From positions 91,018,001 to 91,082,000 of the forward strand of contig NC_045696.1 of NCBI RefSeq assembly GCF_009834535.1: a DNA stretch of 64,000 bases, given 5' to 3'. A program made the translations under genes and the position numbers. Positions 10,975 through 23,245 of the stretch are shown here, piece after piece (within the stretch, counting starts at the first letter, position 1; every line of letters starts with the position of its first letter). The notes beneath the pieces were generated by a model that saw nothing but the letters and a program-made list of their open reading frames with translations, ran no database searches and had not been told where the DNA came from. Source of the stretch: Camelus ferus. Lineage: Eukaryota.

Positions 10975-12919
10975 TCTTTTCTTTTTTTTTAAAGCATTAA
11001 AAAAAATTGAAGTATAGTCAGTTTGCAATGTTGTGTCAATTTCTGATGTAAAGCATGTTTCAGTCATATATATACATACATATATTCTTTTTTATTACAG
11101 GTTACTACAAGATATTGAATATAGTTCCCTTTGCTATACAGTATAAACTTGTTGTTTATCTATTTTATATATAGTAGTTAGTATCTGCAAACCTCAGACT
11201 CCCAATTTATCCTTTCCCACCCCTTTTCCCCGCTGGTAACCATAAATTTGTTTCCTATGTCTGTGAGTCTGTTTCTGTTTTGAAAATAAGTTCATTTGTG
11301 TCTTTTTTTTTTTTTAAGATTCCACATATCAGTGATATCATATGGTATTTTTCTTTCTGTTTCTGGCTTACTTCACTTAGTATGACGACGTCAAGGTCCA
11401 TCCATGTTGCTGCAAATGGCATTATTTTATTCTTTTTTATGACTGAGTAGTATTCCATTGTATAAATATACCACAATGTCTTTATCCAGTCATCTGTCGA
11501 TGGACATTTGGGTTGTTTCCATGTCTTGACTATTGCAAATTGTGCTGCTATGAACATTGGGGTGCATGTATCTTTTTGAATTAGTGTTCCCTCCAGATAT
11601 ATGCCCAGGAGTGGGATTGCTGGATCAAATGGTAAGTCTATTTTTAGTTTTTTTAAGGAATCCCCATGCTGTTTTCCATAATGACTGCACCAAACTACAT
11701 TTCTACCAACAGTTTAGGAGGGTTCTCTTTTCTCCACACTCTCCCCAGAATTGATTGTTTGTGGACTTTTTAATGATGGTCATTCTGACTGGTGTGAGGT
11801 GATACCTCACTGTAGTTTTGATTTGCATTTCTCTGATAATTAGTGATACTGAACATCTTTTTTCCATGTGCCTGTTAGCTATTTGTATGTCTCTATTGGA
11901 GAATTGCTTGTTTAGGTCTTCTACCCATTTTTGGATTGGATTGTTTGTCTTTTTGTTATTAAGTGTATGAGATTTCTATATATTCTGGAAATTAAGCCCT
12001 TGTCAGTCACATCATTTGTAAATGTTTTGTCCCATTCTGTAGGTTGTCATTTTGTTTTGCTTATGGTTTCCTTTGCTGTGCAAAAACTTGTAAGTTTAAT
12101 TAGGTCCCATTTGTTTATTTTTGTTTCTATTTCTGTTGCCTGGGTAGACTGCCCTAGGGGAACATTTGCTAAGATTTATGTCAGAAAATATTTTGCCTAT
12201 GTTTTCTTCTAAGAGGTTTATAGTGTCTTATCTTATATTTAAGTTCTTACGCTATTTTGAGTTTATTTTTGTGTGTGCTATGAGGGAGTGTTCTAACTTC
12301 ATAGATTTACATGTGACTGTCCAGTTTTCTCAGCATCACTTGCTGAAGAGACTGTCTTTTCTCCATTGTATGTTCTTGCTTCCTTTGTCAAAAATTAATT
12401 GGCTGTAAATCTGTGGGTTTATTTCAGGCTCTCTATTCTGTTCCATTGATCCATATGTCTGTTTTTGTGCCAATACTGCACTGTTTTGATTACTGTAGCT
12501 CTGTAGTATTGTCTAAAGTCAGAAAGGATTATTCCTCCAGCTTTGTTCTTTTTCTTCAATATTGCTTTGGCAATTCTGGGTCTTTTGTGATTCCATATAA
12601 ATTTTAGGATTATTCTTGTTCTGTGAAAATGTCCTGGGTAATTTGGTAGGAATCTCATTAAATATGTAGATTGCTTTGGGTAGTATGGCCATTTTAACAA
12701 TATTAACTCTTTCAATACAAACACATAGGATATCTTTCCATTTCTTTAAATCATTTTTAATTTCCTTAATTAATGTTTTGTAGTTCTCCGGTTACAAGAC
12801 TTTTACTTCCTTGGTCAGATTTATTCCTAAGTATTTTATTTTTGGGGATGCAGTTTTAGAAGGGATTGTTTCTTTACATTCATTTTTTGATATTTCATTG
12901 TTAGTGTCAAGAAATGCAA
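10975..12919 (-). mobile_element. 5'-truncated L1 (ORF2 C-terminal part plus camelid-type 3' UTR), frameshifted
   Basis: ORF-track peptides 11255-11557 (MFIAAQFAIVKTWKQPKCPSTDDWIK...) and 12419-12724 ([25 protein letters not shown]...YYRATVIKT...WNRIES) are L1 ORF2p; T-rich tail at about 10972-10990. Confidence 0.97.
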
Positions 12920-13149
12920 GTGGCATCATCTGGCCTCTTAGGCCCTCTGGACTCTGGGTACCTTTTAAGCACTTTGGTCTGTAGCTATATTTAAGCGGGT
13001 AAGTATGACTAGCAACTGAATCTGCCTTGCTGTTTTTGCTGGTGGAAAATGGAATCTTTTAGCATCTTCTAGACTTCCTAAATAACAGTGACATTTAGTC
13101 CTTGGTGTGGGGAATGAACTCTGAGAAAAGATATGTCTCCTCTTTAACA

Positions 13150-13627
13150 GGGCTCCCTCTGATCTGGCCCTTCTGGAATCATCTTCTGCCACTTCGCACT
13201 TTTCACTTTAAACTTCAGAAGCACTGAATGGCCTTTGGGTCTCTCGACCCCCCCAGACTTCTGGAATCCTCTATGGTTTTGCTCAGGCTGTTTCCCCTCC
13301 TAGAGGCCTCCATCGCCACCCTCAGCACAACCCCTTTCCTCCCCTGGCTTACTCCGGATTACTCTTCAGGGTTTAGTTTAGGCACCACTTCTCCCAAGAA
13401 GCCGTTCTTCATCTCCCACATTCTCTGTGCCCGCACAGCTCTCTGAGCATAAGTCTCGCATTTCTATTACCGCAGTACATTGAAATAATTTCTTATACCT
13501 TTATACTCTTGACTGAACTGTATATTCCTTCAAAGAGGATAACATGTTTCTCATTCTATGTCTGTCATTTCTACTATGGCACATGATGTGTAGCACCTGC
13601 CGAAAATACTTGTCAAATGAATTAATT
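13150..13627 (+). mobile_element. L2 3' fragment
   Basis: ttttgctcaggctgtttcccctcc...caccacttctcccaagaagcc and tail aaatacttgtcaaatgaattaat. Confidence 0.7.
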
Positions 13628-15259
13628 CTTAATTTAATTTTATATCTTGAAATTGGAAAAATCTTTAGAACAATCTTTTTTATTTTTAATAATGGTTTTG
13701 GAGTGCTCAGTCTTTTCCAGTCAGTGAAAAGATTTCTGCAAATGCAGTTATTTTCAGTGATTTTTTTTTCTTTTCCCTTCAGAGCCTGCCCCCACCATCC
13801 CGCCCCCCTCGCCCCTCCCATTAAAGACATGATTGTTGTAAACCTTTTTATGATTTTGGAAGAGATAAAGGAGCAGAATTTTGAAATTATCTAATTAAAA
13901 AATAATATAACCATAGAAATCTGTCTAGGCTGAGTCTAAAATTAGGCCTTGAAATTGGGAAAATGGGGTCTGGTTATGACTTGAATTTGTCTATTCAAGT
14001 TTATCACAGAGGATGAGGCACATGAAGTTCAAAGAACTCATGTAGTTTTCCTGATACGGATCCCAGGGCAGTTTCAGGGCAGTTAGTCCGTCTTTGTGTT
14101 ACAAATTACAACTGTGTTTAAACCAAACCTCTGTGTCTCTATACCAGTATTTTCTTTCTCTTGTACTTGGGTTCATAAATTCTCCTTTAGGTTTCCTTGG
14201 GTTTAAGACCACATCTAAATAGAAAAAACAAATTTAAATGACTGTTTGGGTAAGTCAGGCCCCAAGCCTCTTCTCAGCTGGCCTAAAACATCAGTTGAAA
14301 TGAAAGTGTTGGGTTGCAGAAGGGCTGAAATGAAGCAGCTGTTGCTTTGACTCCTCACCACGCTCCATGTCCAGAAAGGCCCAGCCTAAATTTTCTGCAT
14401 TAGACACTCATCCCTCCCTCTTCTTGCTCTTTGATTTTTGCTTCTTGTTCTGTGCTAAAGCCGCCTGCCTTCTCCCTTCTCCCAAACCATATTTCACACT
14501 TGAATATACTTTCTTCTCTGCTTTAAAATTTTGGGGTAATCAGATGATGATTTTATAGTCCTGATTTATGTTTTAGAAGTTACTTTTCATAAATATCCCA
14601 AATGAGATCTATTTGGCCCCTGCTGCAGACCAGATGGTGGTCAGATCTGGCAGAGCAATTGATTTAATCCTGTACATTTTCATAATTGGTAGGAATCAGT
14701 TTTCCCTTTTATTCTAACATTACAGATTTGTAACAATATGTGAAACAGGCTTCGTGCTTCCCTTCTCCCTTTCATGTATGGTATGGCCTTAATAAACGCT
14801 TGGTAGTTTCCTGCAAGAGCATCTCATACATTAGGATGTGAGGCTTTCATTTTGTTTTCTGTTTTTAGTAAACGAATTGAGTTAATAGGAGAAATTATTT
14901 TAAAAAGAGGAAGGGCACAGGGAAATGAGAATGTATATTTTCCTTATTGAATCTTTGCATTCTTGGTATGCATCTGACTGTCTTTCTTCCCATCTTTGAA
15001 ACCCTCTTCAAGATTCCATTCTCTTGGGAAGTTCATCATGAGCCTTATTAGGAATTTTCTAGGTTACTCAGACAAAATCAACTTGTTCTTCATTTTAAAG
15101 CAAACAGTTTCAACTTGCAGGCCCTCTTTGACTGAGCAAACAAAATTTTGAGTAATAGAAATTTTGAAAAATCGAGAAAGAATTTTTAAAATTACTTATA
15201 ATCTTACTACTTTACTATAAATACTTTCAGTATTTTAAAGTATTACTTCTAACTTACTA

Positions 15260-15460
15260 AGTCTTACCAAGCTCACTTGCTGTGTGAACTTGGACAAATA
15301 TCTTAATGGCTTTGGGTCTCAGTTTTCTCTTGTGTAAAATCAAAATGATTATTCTTACCTCGGGTTATTCTGCAGATTAACATCAGACAATTCACATACA
15401 TGGTGGTGCCTAGCATAGTGCTTATTTCATGGGCATAATATCTGAAAATATTAATTTCCT
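15260..15460 (+). mobile_element. MIR SINE
   Basis: gctgtgtgaacttggacaaatatcttaa...tctcagttttctcttgtgtaaaat core. Confidence 0.8.
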
Positions 15461-15588
15461 CCTATCTCATTTGTCTCCCATAGTGATACAGTGCCCCTCC
15501 TTAACGGGGACAATGTTGGCCTAACACACTGTTCAAAATGCCTGTTGAGTGAGAGGGACCATGATGCTACTGAAACACTATCATTTTT

Positions 15589-15683
15589 TTTAAATAGAGG
15601 TACTGGGGATTGAACCCAGGACCTCGTGCATGCTGACCATGTGCTCTGTCACTGAACTATACACCCCCACCCTGTGTCCTTCC
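15589..15683 (-). mobile_element. tRNA-Ala-derived camelid SINE (Vic-1 type) with target-site duplication
   Basis: Minus strand reads gggggtgtatagttcagtgacagagcacatggtcagcatgcacgaggtcctgggttcaatccccagtacctctatttaaaaaaaa (A box, AGC anticodon remnant, B box, A tail); TSD aacactatcattttt (15574-15588) / aacacaatcattttt (15684-15698). Confidence 0.9.
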
Positions 15684-15841
15684 AACACAATCATTTTTAG
15701 TAGGCAAAAACTACACTTTGAAACACGGTGTGTGCTGGTTTTCTTCTCCAAATTGCAAGGCCTCTGAAGGCTCGTCTGTGAATTGACCTGAAAAGTCACC
15801 CTGAAAAATCAGCTTGTAGTGTTAAATAAATACAGATTTTT

Positions 15842-15990
15842 AGGACTGGAAGACACTTTAGAGGTAATTTAGCCAAAAGCCCTCATTTTTAAGCTGAGAA
15901 AATTCCGGGCTGTAGATGTGAATGGCTTGCCCAAGTTGGTTACATCTGTTTATCAGTTGGGGTACCTTGTTACAAATAGCAGAATCATCA
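15842..15990 (-). mobile_element. MIR (MIRc/MIR3-like)
   Basis: ctggaagacactttagaggtaatttagccaaaagccctcattttt...tggcttgcccaag. Confidence 0.65.
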
Positions 15991-16089
15991 TTAAGTAGTT
16001 CAAATAGAAAAAGAAATTTCTCAATCAAATTAGGTGGCAAACAGAGCCTCTAGAAGGGCCAGAGACTCAGGCTTAAAAGGCTGTATGAC

Positions 16090-16499
16090 CAGGAGCAATT
16101 CCCAGATTGCACTTGTGGAGAGTTCCGTGGGGGACCCGGCTGCTACTGCCACTGGCCATAGGCGTTACAGCTCACCACACAGGACCCAGCACTGGGCCTG
16201 TCCTACTGCTATCTCTGGGAGTTGGTCAACCTCCTGCCATGCTCCATCAGCTGTCACGATGCTTTTCACATGGAGACTTGTTTCTTCTCATCGCTCTCAT
16301 CCCATTTGAAATGTAACTCATTTGAATAAAGGATATTTACTGGTCCCAAGCCTAGGCCATGGGCCTGGGCCTAACACTAAAGGAGGCCAGAAAAATCAGT
16401 TTCTGACCTCTATCTTGGCAAGGTGGGTTTCCTAAGGTGGGAAATTCCTAATCTGGAAATGGTGCTAGATAGCCCAAATGCGTGTCAAATGTTCACTAT
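16090..16499 (-). mobile_element. Old MaLR LTR (MLT1M/N-like)
   Basis: agcctaggccatg...aaggaggccagaaaaatcagtttctgacctctatcttggcaaggtggg...gtgggaaattcc...caaatgttcacta. Confidence 0.65.
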
Positions 16500-17337
16500 G
16501 TTAGACTATCCAGACTGAGGCCATGTGGCAATATGGTGCCTCTTTTACTATTCTGATAGTGTTCCTTATCAGTAGAGGGCCAACCCTGGTTTCAAATGTG
16601 AGACTCACATTTCATTAACAACATTAAATGCGTCAGTGCTCTGTAGGCCTTTTCTCTGGGCATCGTTGGGTACCTGTGGAATCTCAGGTAAAGCAGTATG
16701 TTAATCTCCTCAAATAGTATGTATCTTCTAGAATACTAAATTGTAAATAGATATGGGTAAATAATCAATGTTTCATTTGAAATATAGTTGGATTTTTATG
16801 AAGATTTCCTGTATAATAGCTTTTATACAGCCTAATCTTTTGGTTTGTGTGGATCAGAAATAGGATTTTAGTTGTGTTATTTTTCCTAAGGTGTCCTGCG
16901 TTTTGGGGAAATCAAGGAGAAGAGAGGAGTCTCTAAACTCTGGACCATCAAATCTGATGTTGGTCCAAGGTAGGTTATTAAGTGCATACTTTACTAGCAC
17001 TTTGAGAAAAGGAAGAGATCACTAGGACCTGCATGAATTTGCAAAGTTGGAAATTTGTGTTTTCAGACTTATTGGGAATGGTCTTGTGGTCTAGGTCAGA
17101 TTTGGAATGCATGTGCCATTTATGTTCCATGACTTAAGCTTGAGAGCAAAAAGGATAAAGAGAGAAAAGGAAATGTATTGGAAGAGAGAGACTGGTAAAC
17201 ACTCAGAAGTAATATTGACTTCTCATATCTCTTTGGAATGTGACAAAAGCTTTAGAGCTGTGTTAAGGGCTTGGATGGGAATTTCTTCATTCTATAAATG
17301 TATTGTATATGTATTTTATGCCAAGCATAAGAGATGA

Positions 17338-17560
17338 AACATTTATTGATACCTTGATACATACTGGAAACTATGCTAGGTTCTTCATATCATCTCATTT
17401 AACTGTCACCATCTTCCCAGGTAAAAATCATTGTATCTTTTTATAGATCACAGTGTATATTTTTATAGATCACTAGATTGCAGCAGACTGATTCTCATGA
17501 AGGTTAATAATTTGTCCAAGGTAAATTGCAGAGCTGTCTCTGTCTCTGAAAGTTGTTATT
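17338..17560 (-). mobile_element. MIR SINE with an internal 22-bp tandem duplication
   Basis: atttattga...ctatgctagg...atctcatttaa...aggttaataatttgtccaaggt. Confidence 0.7.
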
Positions 17561-17666
17561 CCTCCATGTCCCGCCCACCCACCATGTCCCACTGCCTCTC
17601 ATGAGTCCCACAGAAAGAAACTTGTTTAAATGGGGACCAGGAGTAGGGACCACATTGAAATGGTAT

Positions 17667-17824
17667 GTATGTATGTATGTATGTATGTATATATTTATTT
17701 ATTTACACCTTTATTATGATATGATTCCTGTACAATAAACTACACGTATTTAAGATGTACAATTTGGTGAATTTTGATAGATGTATATACCAATGAAACT
17801 ACCACCACAATCAAGATAGTTAAC
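17667..17824 (-). mobile_element. Short L1MB-like 3' end with target-site duplication and a microsatellite tail
   Basis: ctttatt...tacaataaactacacgtatttaagatgtacaatttggtgaattttgat...accaccacaatcaagatag; TSD tgaaatggtat at 17656-17666 and 17825-17835. Confidence 0.85.
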
Positions 17825-18321
17825 TGAAATGGTATTTCATCTTGATCTTGAAGGAACAATAAGAGATCGCCAGGGAAAAAAGGAGGGGAAAACTATTTAG
17901 GGCGGAGAGGACATGAGGCATGAAGCCAGGGCCTTATATTCTAGGCTAAAGAGAAAAGCTCTGCACTAGGTGATGAGGTTAATAAGCCTGCAAAGGATAT
18001 GATCATGTATTTCAAGTGGTATTTTACCTAATAGCCAAGTGAAGTGAAGCCAAAGAGTGAATTTATAGAGTCTAGACCTCTGATACAGAAACCTCTGATA
18101 CTATAGCCTGACATGCCATTGGCTGGCGTGGGCTCTGCTTCTTTTTCTAGTGGTGGAAGGTCACTTTGCCCTATTCCTACTCCTTAGTTTGCCTCTACCA
18201 CTCTTGAATACCCTACCTGTGTGCAACATGAAAGCCAAAGAAGGGAACAGAACTCAGAAGAACAAAGTAAGGCCTTCCTAGCATCTTAGCACAATTATTA
18301 GTCAATGGATTTTGCAAACAT

Positions 18322-18375
18322 GGGTGTGTGTGTTTGTGTGTGTGTGTGTGTGTAATATATAAATATATATATATT
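18322..18375. repeat. (TG)n(TA)n compound microsatellite
   Basis: Directly visible. Confidence 0.95.
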
Positions 18376-19654
18376 TAAATATCTAAGTACTACATTCTCC
18401 CTGAGTTTGACATATTAATATCCCCCAAAATAACATGAGATCATTAAAGGGAAAAAAATGAACCTAGCCTGATACCAGCTCTCAGCCCATACAGCACGCT
18501 CATGAAGTGCAGGTAGAATGCCTTTGCACTGTCTGGACTCTTCATCTCATCAAAGTCTGCCTGCACTGACACTGTGCTTCTCTCATCACTCTGAGGAACT
18601 ATGTCAGCATCCTCATCCACCTTAACATTCTGGATTGGAAGTATCTGAACTTACCTTTTAAGGATGCCAGTTCTTCACTAACTTCCCGGAGGCTTTGTGA
18701 CAGTGTGCCAAGCTTCACAGGCAACCCATAGACTTACTATGCCCTGGTTCTTGCTCTGCAGTTCATAACTTTTTTTTTCTCCCTTAAAAAAGTAGAAGAG
18801 TTGGATCTAGCAAAACCGAAAGTACTTTCAGGTGCCTCGGAAGGTAGTAAGGCTGCAATCATGAAGAGAGAGCTTTGGTCTCAGTGTCTTCCCCAAAACT
18901 CATTAATATGATAATTTTCCCATGACTCAGTTTGCAGTGTGTGAACACTTAGCATACACTGAGAGAGTTTTCCAAAAATAAAAAGTCTAATTAGAGTACT
19001 TGAAATTGCCTTGACCGTTTTGATTCCTGCTCCAGTGCATTTCTTTCATGTAGTTGCCTTGGACATCCATCTCTGAGAGGGCATAATGACCAAGTCCTCA
19101 GCTCACAGACCATTCCCACTTGGTGTCCCCTCCCCTCCTGGCTGGGCCTGGCTAGGTGCAGGCAGCAGCAGGTGTACAACCCCACTTTCCCCTCCTCGGT
19201 CCTGCTCTAGTAGAAAAATGCTGGAACCTAGGTTTTCCATTGGGGTAGACCTTGGTTTCTCACCAAGGGGCTTGAAGCTCAGAATTCTAAATACTAAAGG
19301 CTTCTGGGACAACTTGAAGAAAAATGTCTTCCCTGAAGAGGTAGTGCTACCACACTAGTTTGGGTGAAGGATTTCAGCTGGGCCACTTACCAGAAAATCC
19401 CCTGCCCAGTGGCAGAGTGGTGAGTAGACTTGGCCAGGAGTTAGGTAACTTTGCGTTAGGTCTGATTCTGCTGTTCCTTAACTCTGTGAAGTGGGCTTTC
19501 TCACTATTCCTTTCTGGCCCTTAATTTCTTTCTGTTGAGACTACTGTATGTCTGAAATTTTAAATGGAAATTATTTGAAAACAATATCTTATATGATCTC
19601 TGTGGAGGCCAAGTCAAAAATTTGAAACCAGGTTGCCTGCTTTTCCCATTATCC

Positions 19655-19770
19655 TATTCATTCATTCAAAAATTATTTATTGAACACCTACTATGTGTAT
19701 GAGGCTCTGAGCTCAATATCAAGGCACATCAGGAGGAGCTCCACCCATGAGGAGCTTACAGTTAGGAATC
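19655..19770 (-). mobile_element. L2 3' end
   Basis: attcattcattcaaaattatttattgaacacctactatgtg. Confidence 0.8.
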
Positions 19771-19808
19771 ACAGCAGAGTGCTTCTATAATGGGGAGGTG
19801 CATTAAAT

Positions 19809-19990
19809 CAGGGTCACAAGTTTTCCTGGTCATAAAAGTCCTGTGGGGTCTTTGTAAAACCATATTGATTCCAGGACCCTCCCCCATTCCTTACTGAATC
19901 AGACTGTCCAGGGCAATGTGTCATGTAGTCTGTATGTGTAACATGAGTCACCCAGTGATTCTTATGACTAGACAAGTTTGAGAAACCCTG
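19809..19990. mobile_element. hAT-Charlie MITE (MER5B/MER117-like)
   Basis: Termini cagggt...accctg; internal tactgaatcagac...gtgattcttat; degenerate 8-bp TSD cattaaat/gactaaat. Confidence 0.75.
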
Positions 19991-20024
19991 GACTAAATGA
20001 GCCCCAAGGTCTCTTCTTTTAGTG

Positions 20025-20154
20025 CAGTGTTTCTCAACCCTGGCTTCACTGAATCATTGAAGGGGATATTTACAGATACCATTGCCTGGAATGCTGGTAG
20101 AGACTGGAATGTGTAATTTGTAATTCCAGTGTGCATCCAGAGTTGAGGGCCATT
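20025..20154. mobile_element. hAT-Charlie MITE (MER5A-like, internally deleted)
   Basis: cagtgtttctcaaccctggct ... gtgtgcatccagagttgagggccattg. Confidence 0.7.
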
Positions 20155-21744
20155 GTTTGTAGCCCATTCAGGGGACTCAGGCCTATCTGGGAGCAGTTGC
20201 TTCCTCTGAAATCAAGGGGAGCACCTCTACCCCAAATTACCACCAGGATGTGGATGTTAAAAGATATTTGTAGTGTTGTAGCTTTTAAGGTACACTTGAT
20301 TCTTATTCTTTATTCTTTAAAAGAAGTTCCCAACACACTAAGAGCCAGCCTATAGATGTGTTTTGGATCTTCCAACTTGTAGTAATCATTTCGTGATTTT
20401 ATTTGATTAACTTATTTGCTCCCAGGATTTTTAGATTGCATCTGTCCGGCAAATCTTCATAATAGTGGATTCTGACAACCTTCAGTCTACTTCTGAGTAG
20501 GTATTACTGTAGTGGGAATATGGTTGTTAGGAAAGGTGGCATTTTGCCTTTCCTTCTTTCAAATCCAAAAGGAGTCCACTAGGGAATGGGGAATGTAATA
20601 TTTTGCTTTAGTGTGTTTTGAGGGTAATTTGTAAACCCAATTCCATCAATAAAATTGCCTGCCCCAGTGACTGCTCCTCTCACCTGTTGACATCCGATCT
20701 GCAAGCGTCTCCCTGAGGTCACAGGGGACCAAACTGCACCTGGCTCAGTGGCCAGGTGCTCCTGGAAGTGGCCTTTCTTGCGGGTAACACATTTGTTCTG
20801 GAATGTTAATCGCTTTTCACAGGGCTCAACATTTGGATCAGCCTGGCTCCCATCAGGTACCTGGAAATCACACTGCAGCCCTGTCAGGTTGGAACAGGAA
20901 GCAGGTCAGGAGTTCTGAGACGTTCTTGGGCTGTTGTTGACATATGGCCATCTGATCGAATGCTGTTTCCACCAAGTCCCCAGAGTTCCCTGGTCCCTCC
21001 TTTTCAGTCCTCTGGGAAGTGAAGAAAACTGCCCCTTTCTCTCTCACCCTTCCTTTCATGTGTAGGTCAAGCTGGATCTGACATGACTTGTCCCTTTTTT
21101 CCTCTCCATCAACATTAAGTACCATTAGGTTATAAACTGGTAGTGACAGTGGTAACCAGAAGTCCTAAAAGATTTAAAAAATCTTTTCTCCTTTAGCCTG
21201 GCAAGGAACTGAGGGAGTAACACTGAAAAGCCCACAGGTAGACTTGTATAACGCAAATGCTTGTGGGTTGCTAAGTAAGTAGCCCAGCACATGCTTTTCT
21301 GTTTACGTTAGAGGTTAGGGCACTATAAACCTTGAAGCTTGTCAAGATTAAGCAGCATTGGGCAGAACGATATGCTGTGAGCGCCAGCCTCCAGTTATTG
21401 GGTCCAACCACATTTTAGTGAAAGGAGATTGCCTAGCTGGAGTTTCATTTGTGGCCTTGTAAGTGAAGGGTGCGTGGCAGATGCTATGATTAAGAATTCA
21501 TTTCCTGGTTGATGCCACCACAGTGATCACAGCACCAGGAGGGGAATCTCATATTTGCTGGCAGGGTTAAACAGTGCGTAGTTCTGAGTTTAATACAAAG
21601 ATTACAAACAAAAAGAAACCACTACCACCACCGCAACAGAAACTTACCCAGGTTCATTAAGAAAACTGCCTTTTATATTTTTGAAATGAAGCCCTTACGT
21701 TAGCGTCTTCATACCTTGTTTGAAGACAGAAACTTTCCCCCTCC

Positions 21745-23245
21745 CATTCATCCTTTTATTCACATGTTTATTGAATTTTAGGTGCTGAGGATTTCATTGT
21801 GAACAAAACAGCAAAATCCTTATTCTAATGGAGAGAGAAAAACAATTTTTAAAAAGGAAACAAACATGTCAGGTTATGATTAGCACTATAAAGAAGGCCC
21901 AAGTAAAGCAAAGGAGGTAGAAAGTGATGGGGGAAGCTTTCTTACAGAGGTTGGGGAGGACCTCTCTGAAGACAGGACATTTAAGGAGAGGCCTGAAGAG
22001 AGGAAGGGAATGAATCCTGTGGATTTTTAGGGGAGGAGCTTTTCAGGCAGAGGAAATGGCAAAGTATGAGGAATTAAGGTGGGTGGGATGGTCTTTGGTA
22101 TATTGAAGAACAGCAAGGAGGCCAGAGTAGCTGGCCTGGCGTGGGCAGAGGAGGGAGAGTGGGAGAAAGGTGGTTACAGAGGAAGAGATGGCACCTTTGG
22201 GAGGCTTTGAGCAGTTGAGTGACATGATGTTTCTGATGTTTTAAAATGTTCCTTCTGGCTGTTGTGTGAGGTTGAGGGGGGAAGATTAAGGGTAGAGCTG
22301 AATAGGAGGCTGTTGTAATAATCTAGGTGAGAGATGATGGCAGCCTGGGGTCTGTGATTTGGTGGAGGTGGTTAAGAGTGGCTGGATTCTGGACACATTT
22401 CAAAGGGAGAGTCGCAGAATTTGCTGATGAATTAGATGTGGGTGCATGAGAAAGAAAGGATGCAAGGATGTTGCTGGGTGTTTAGCCTAAGCATCTGGCC
22501 AAATGTAAATGCCATTTATTGACGTGGAGAAGATGAAAAAGAGCAACATTTTGTGTGCGTGTTGTCTGGTCTTTTAGATATGTTAAGTTTGAGATACCTC
22601 ATAGACTTCTAAGTAAAGATATTGAGTGGGAAGTTGGATAGATGAGTCTGGAATTCAAGGGGAAGTTTGAGGCTAGAGGTATTGATTTGGGGGCTTCCAG
22701 CATAAAGAGGGGTCTTTCAAGTCATGGGACTAGAGGTCACTGAGGGAATGAGAGAGGATAGAGAATGCTGCTGGCATTCTAACATTTATGAGTTAAGGAG
22801 ATGAGGAGTAGCCAGTGGAGGGACCTGAGAAGAGCTACTGTGTGTAGTAGAAGAACCAAGAAAGGTGTCTCAGCAGCCAAGAGAAGATGTTCAAGGGGAG
22901 GTGATGGTGGTCCAATGTGTTGCCGAGAGTAAGATAAACACCGATAAAGTCCCACTGAATTTGGCAATCTGGAGGCCAAGGTGGAGGTCACTGGACAAAA
23001 GCAGTGTCATTGTAGAGGAGCTGAGGGAGCCTTACTGATGTGGTTTCAAGAAAGCATGAGAGGAAAGTGGAACGAGAAGAGGTGGAGACAGTGGATACGG
23101 ACAGCTCTTTTCAAGAGGATTTTCTGTAGAGCAAAGGAGACACCCTGGGTAGTAGGTGAGAAGATGGGTTTTGGCAAATGGAGGCCTGAGCAGAGCTTAT
23201 ACTGGGAAGATGAAGGCAATGATCTTGAGAGACCAGCTGGGAAAG
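21745..23245 (-). mobile_element. Long L2 (L2a/b-like) fragment
   Basis: Purine-rich tract with L2 hallmarks: ggaggctgttgtaataatctaggtgagagatgatgg, gatatgttaagtttgagatacct, ccactgaatttggcaatctggagg. Confidence 0.9.

Noticed and set aside
11557..12607. Plus-strand hydrophobic ORFs
   Set aside because: Antisense reading of L1 ORF2.
15589..15672. tRNA-Ala gene
   Set aside because: A tail, TSD and disrupted stems show it is a SINE copy.
16439..16448. NF-kB-like GGGAAATTCC
   Set aside because: Appears to be part of the MLT1M/N LTR consensus, with no supporting motif cluster.
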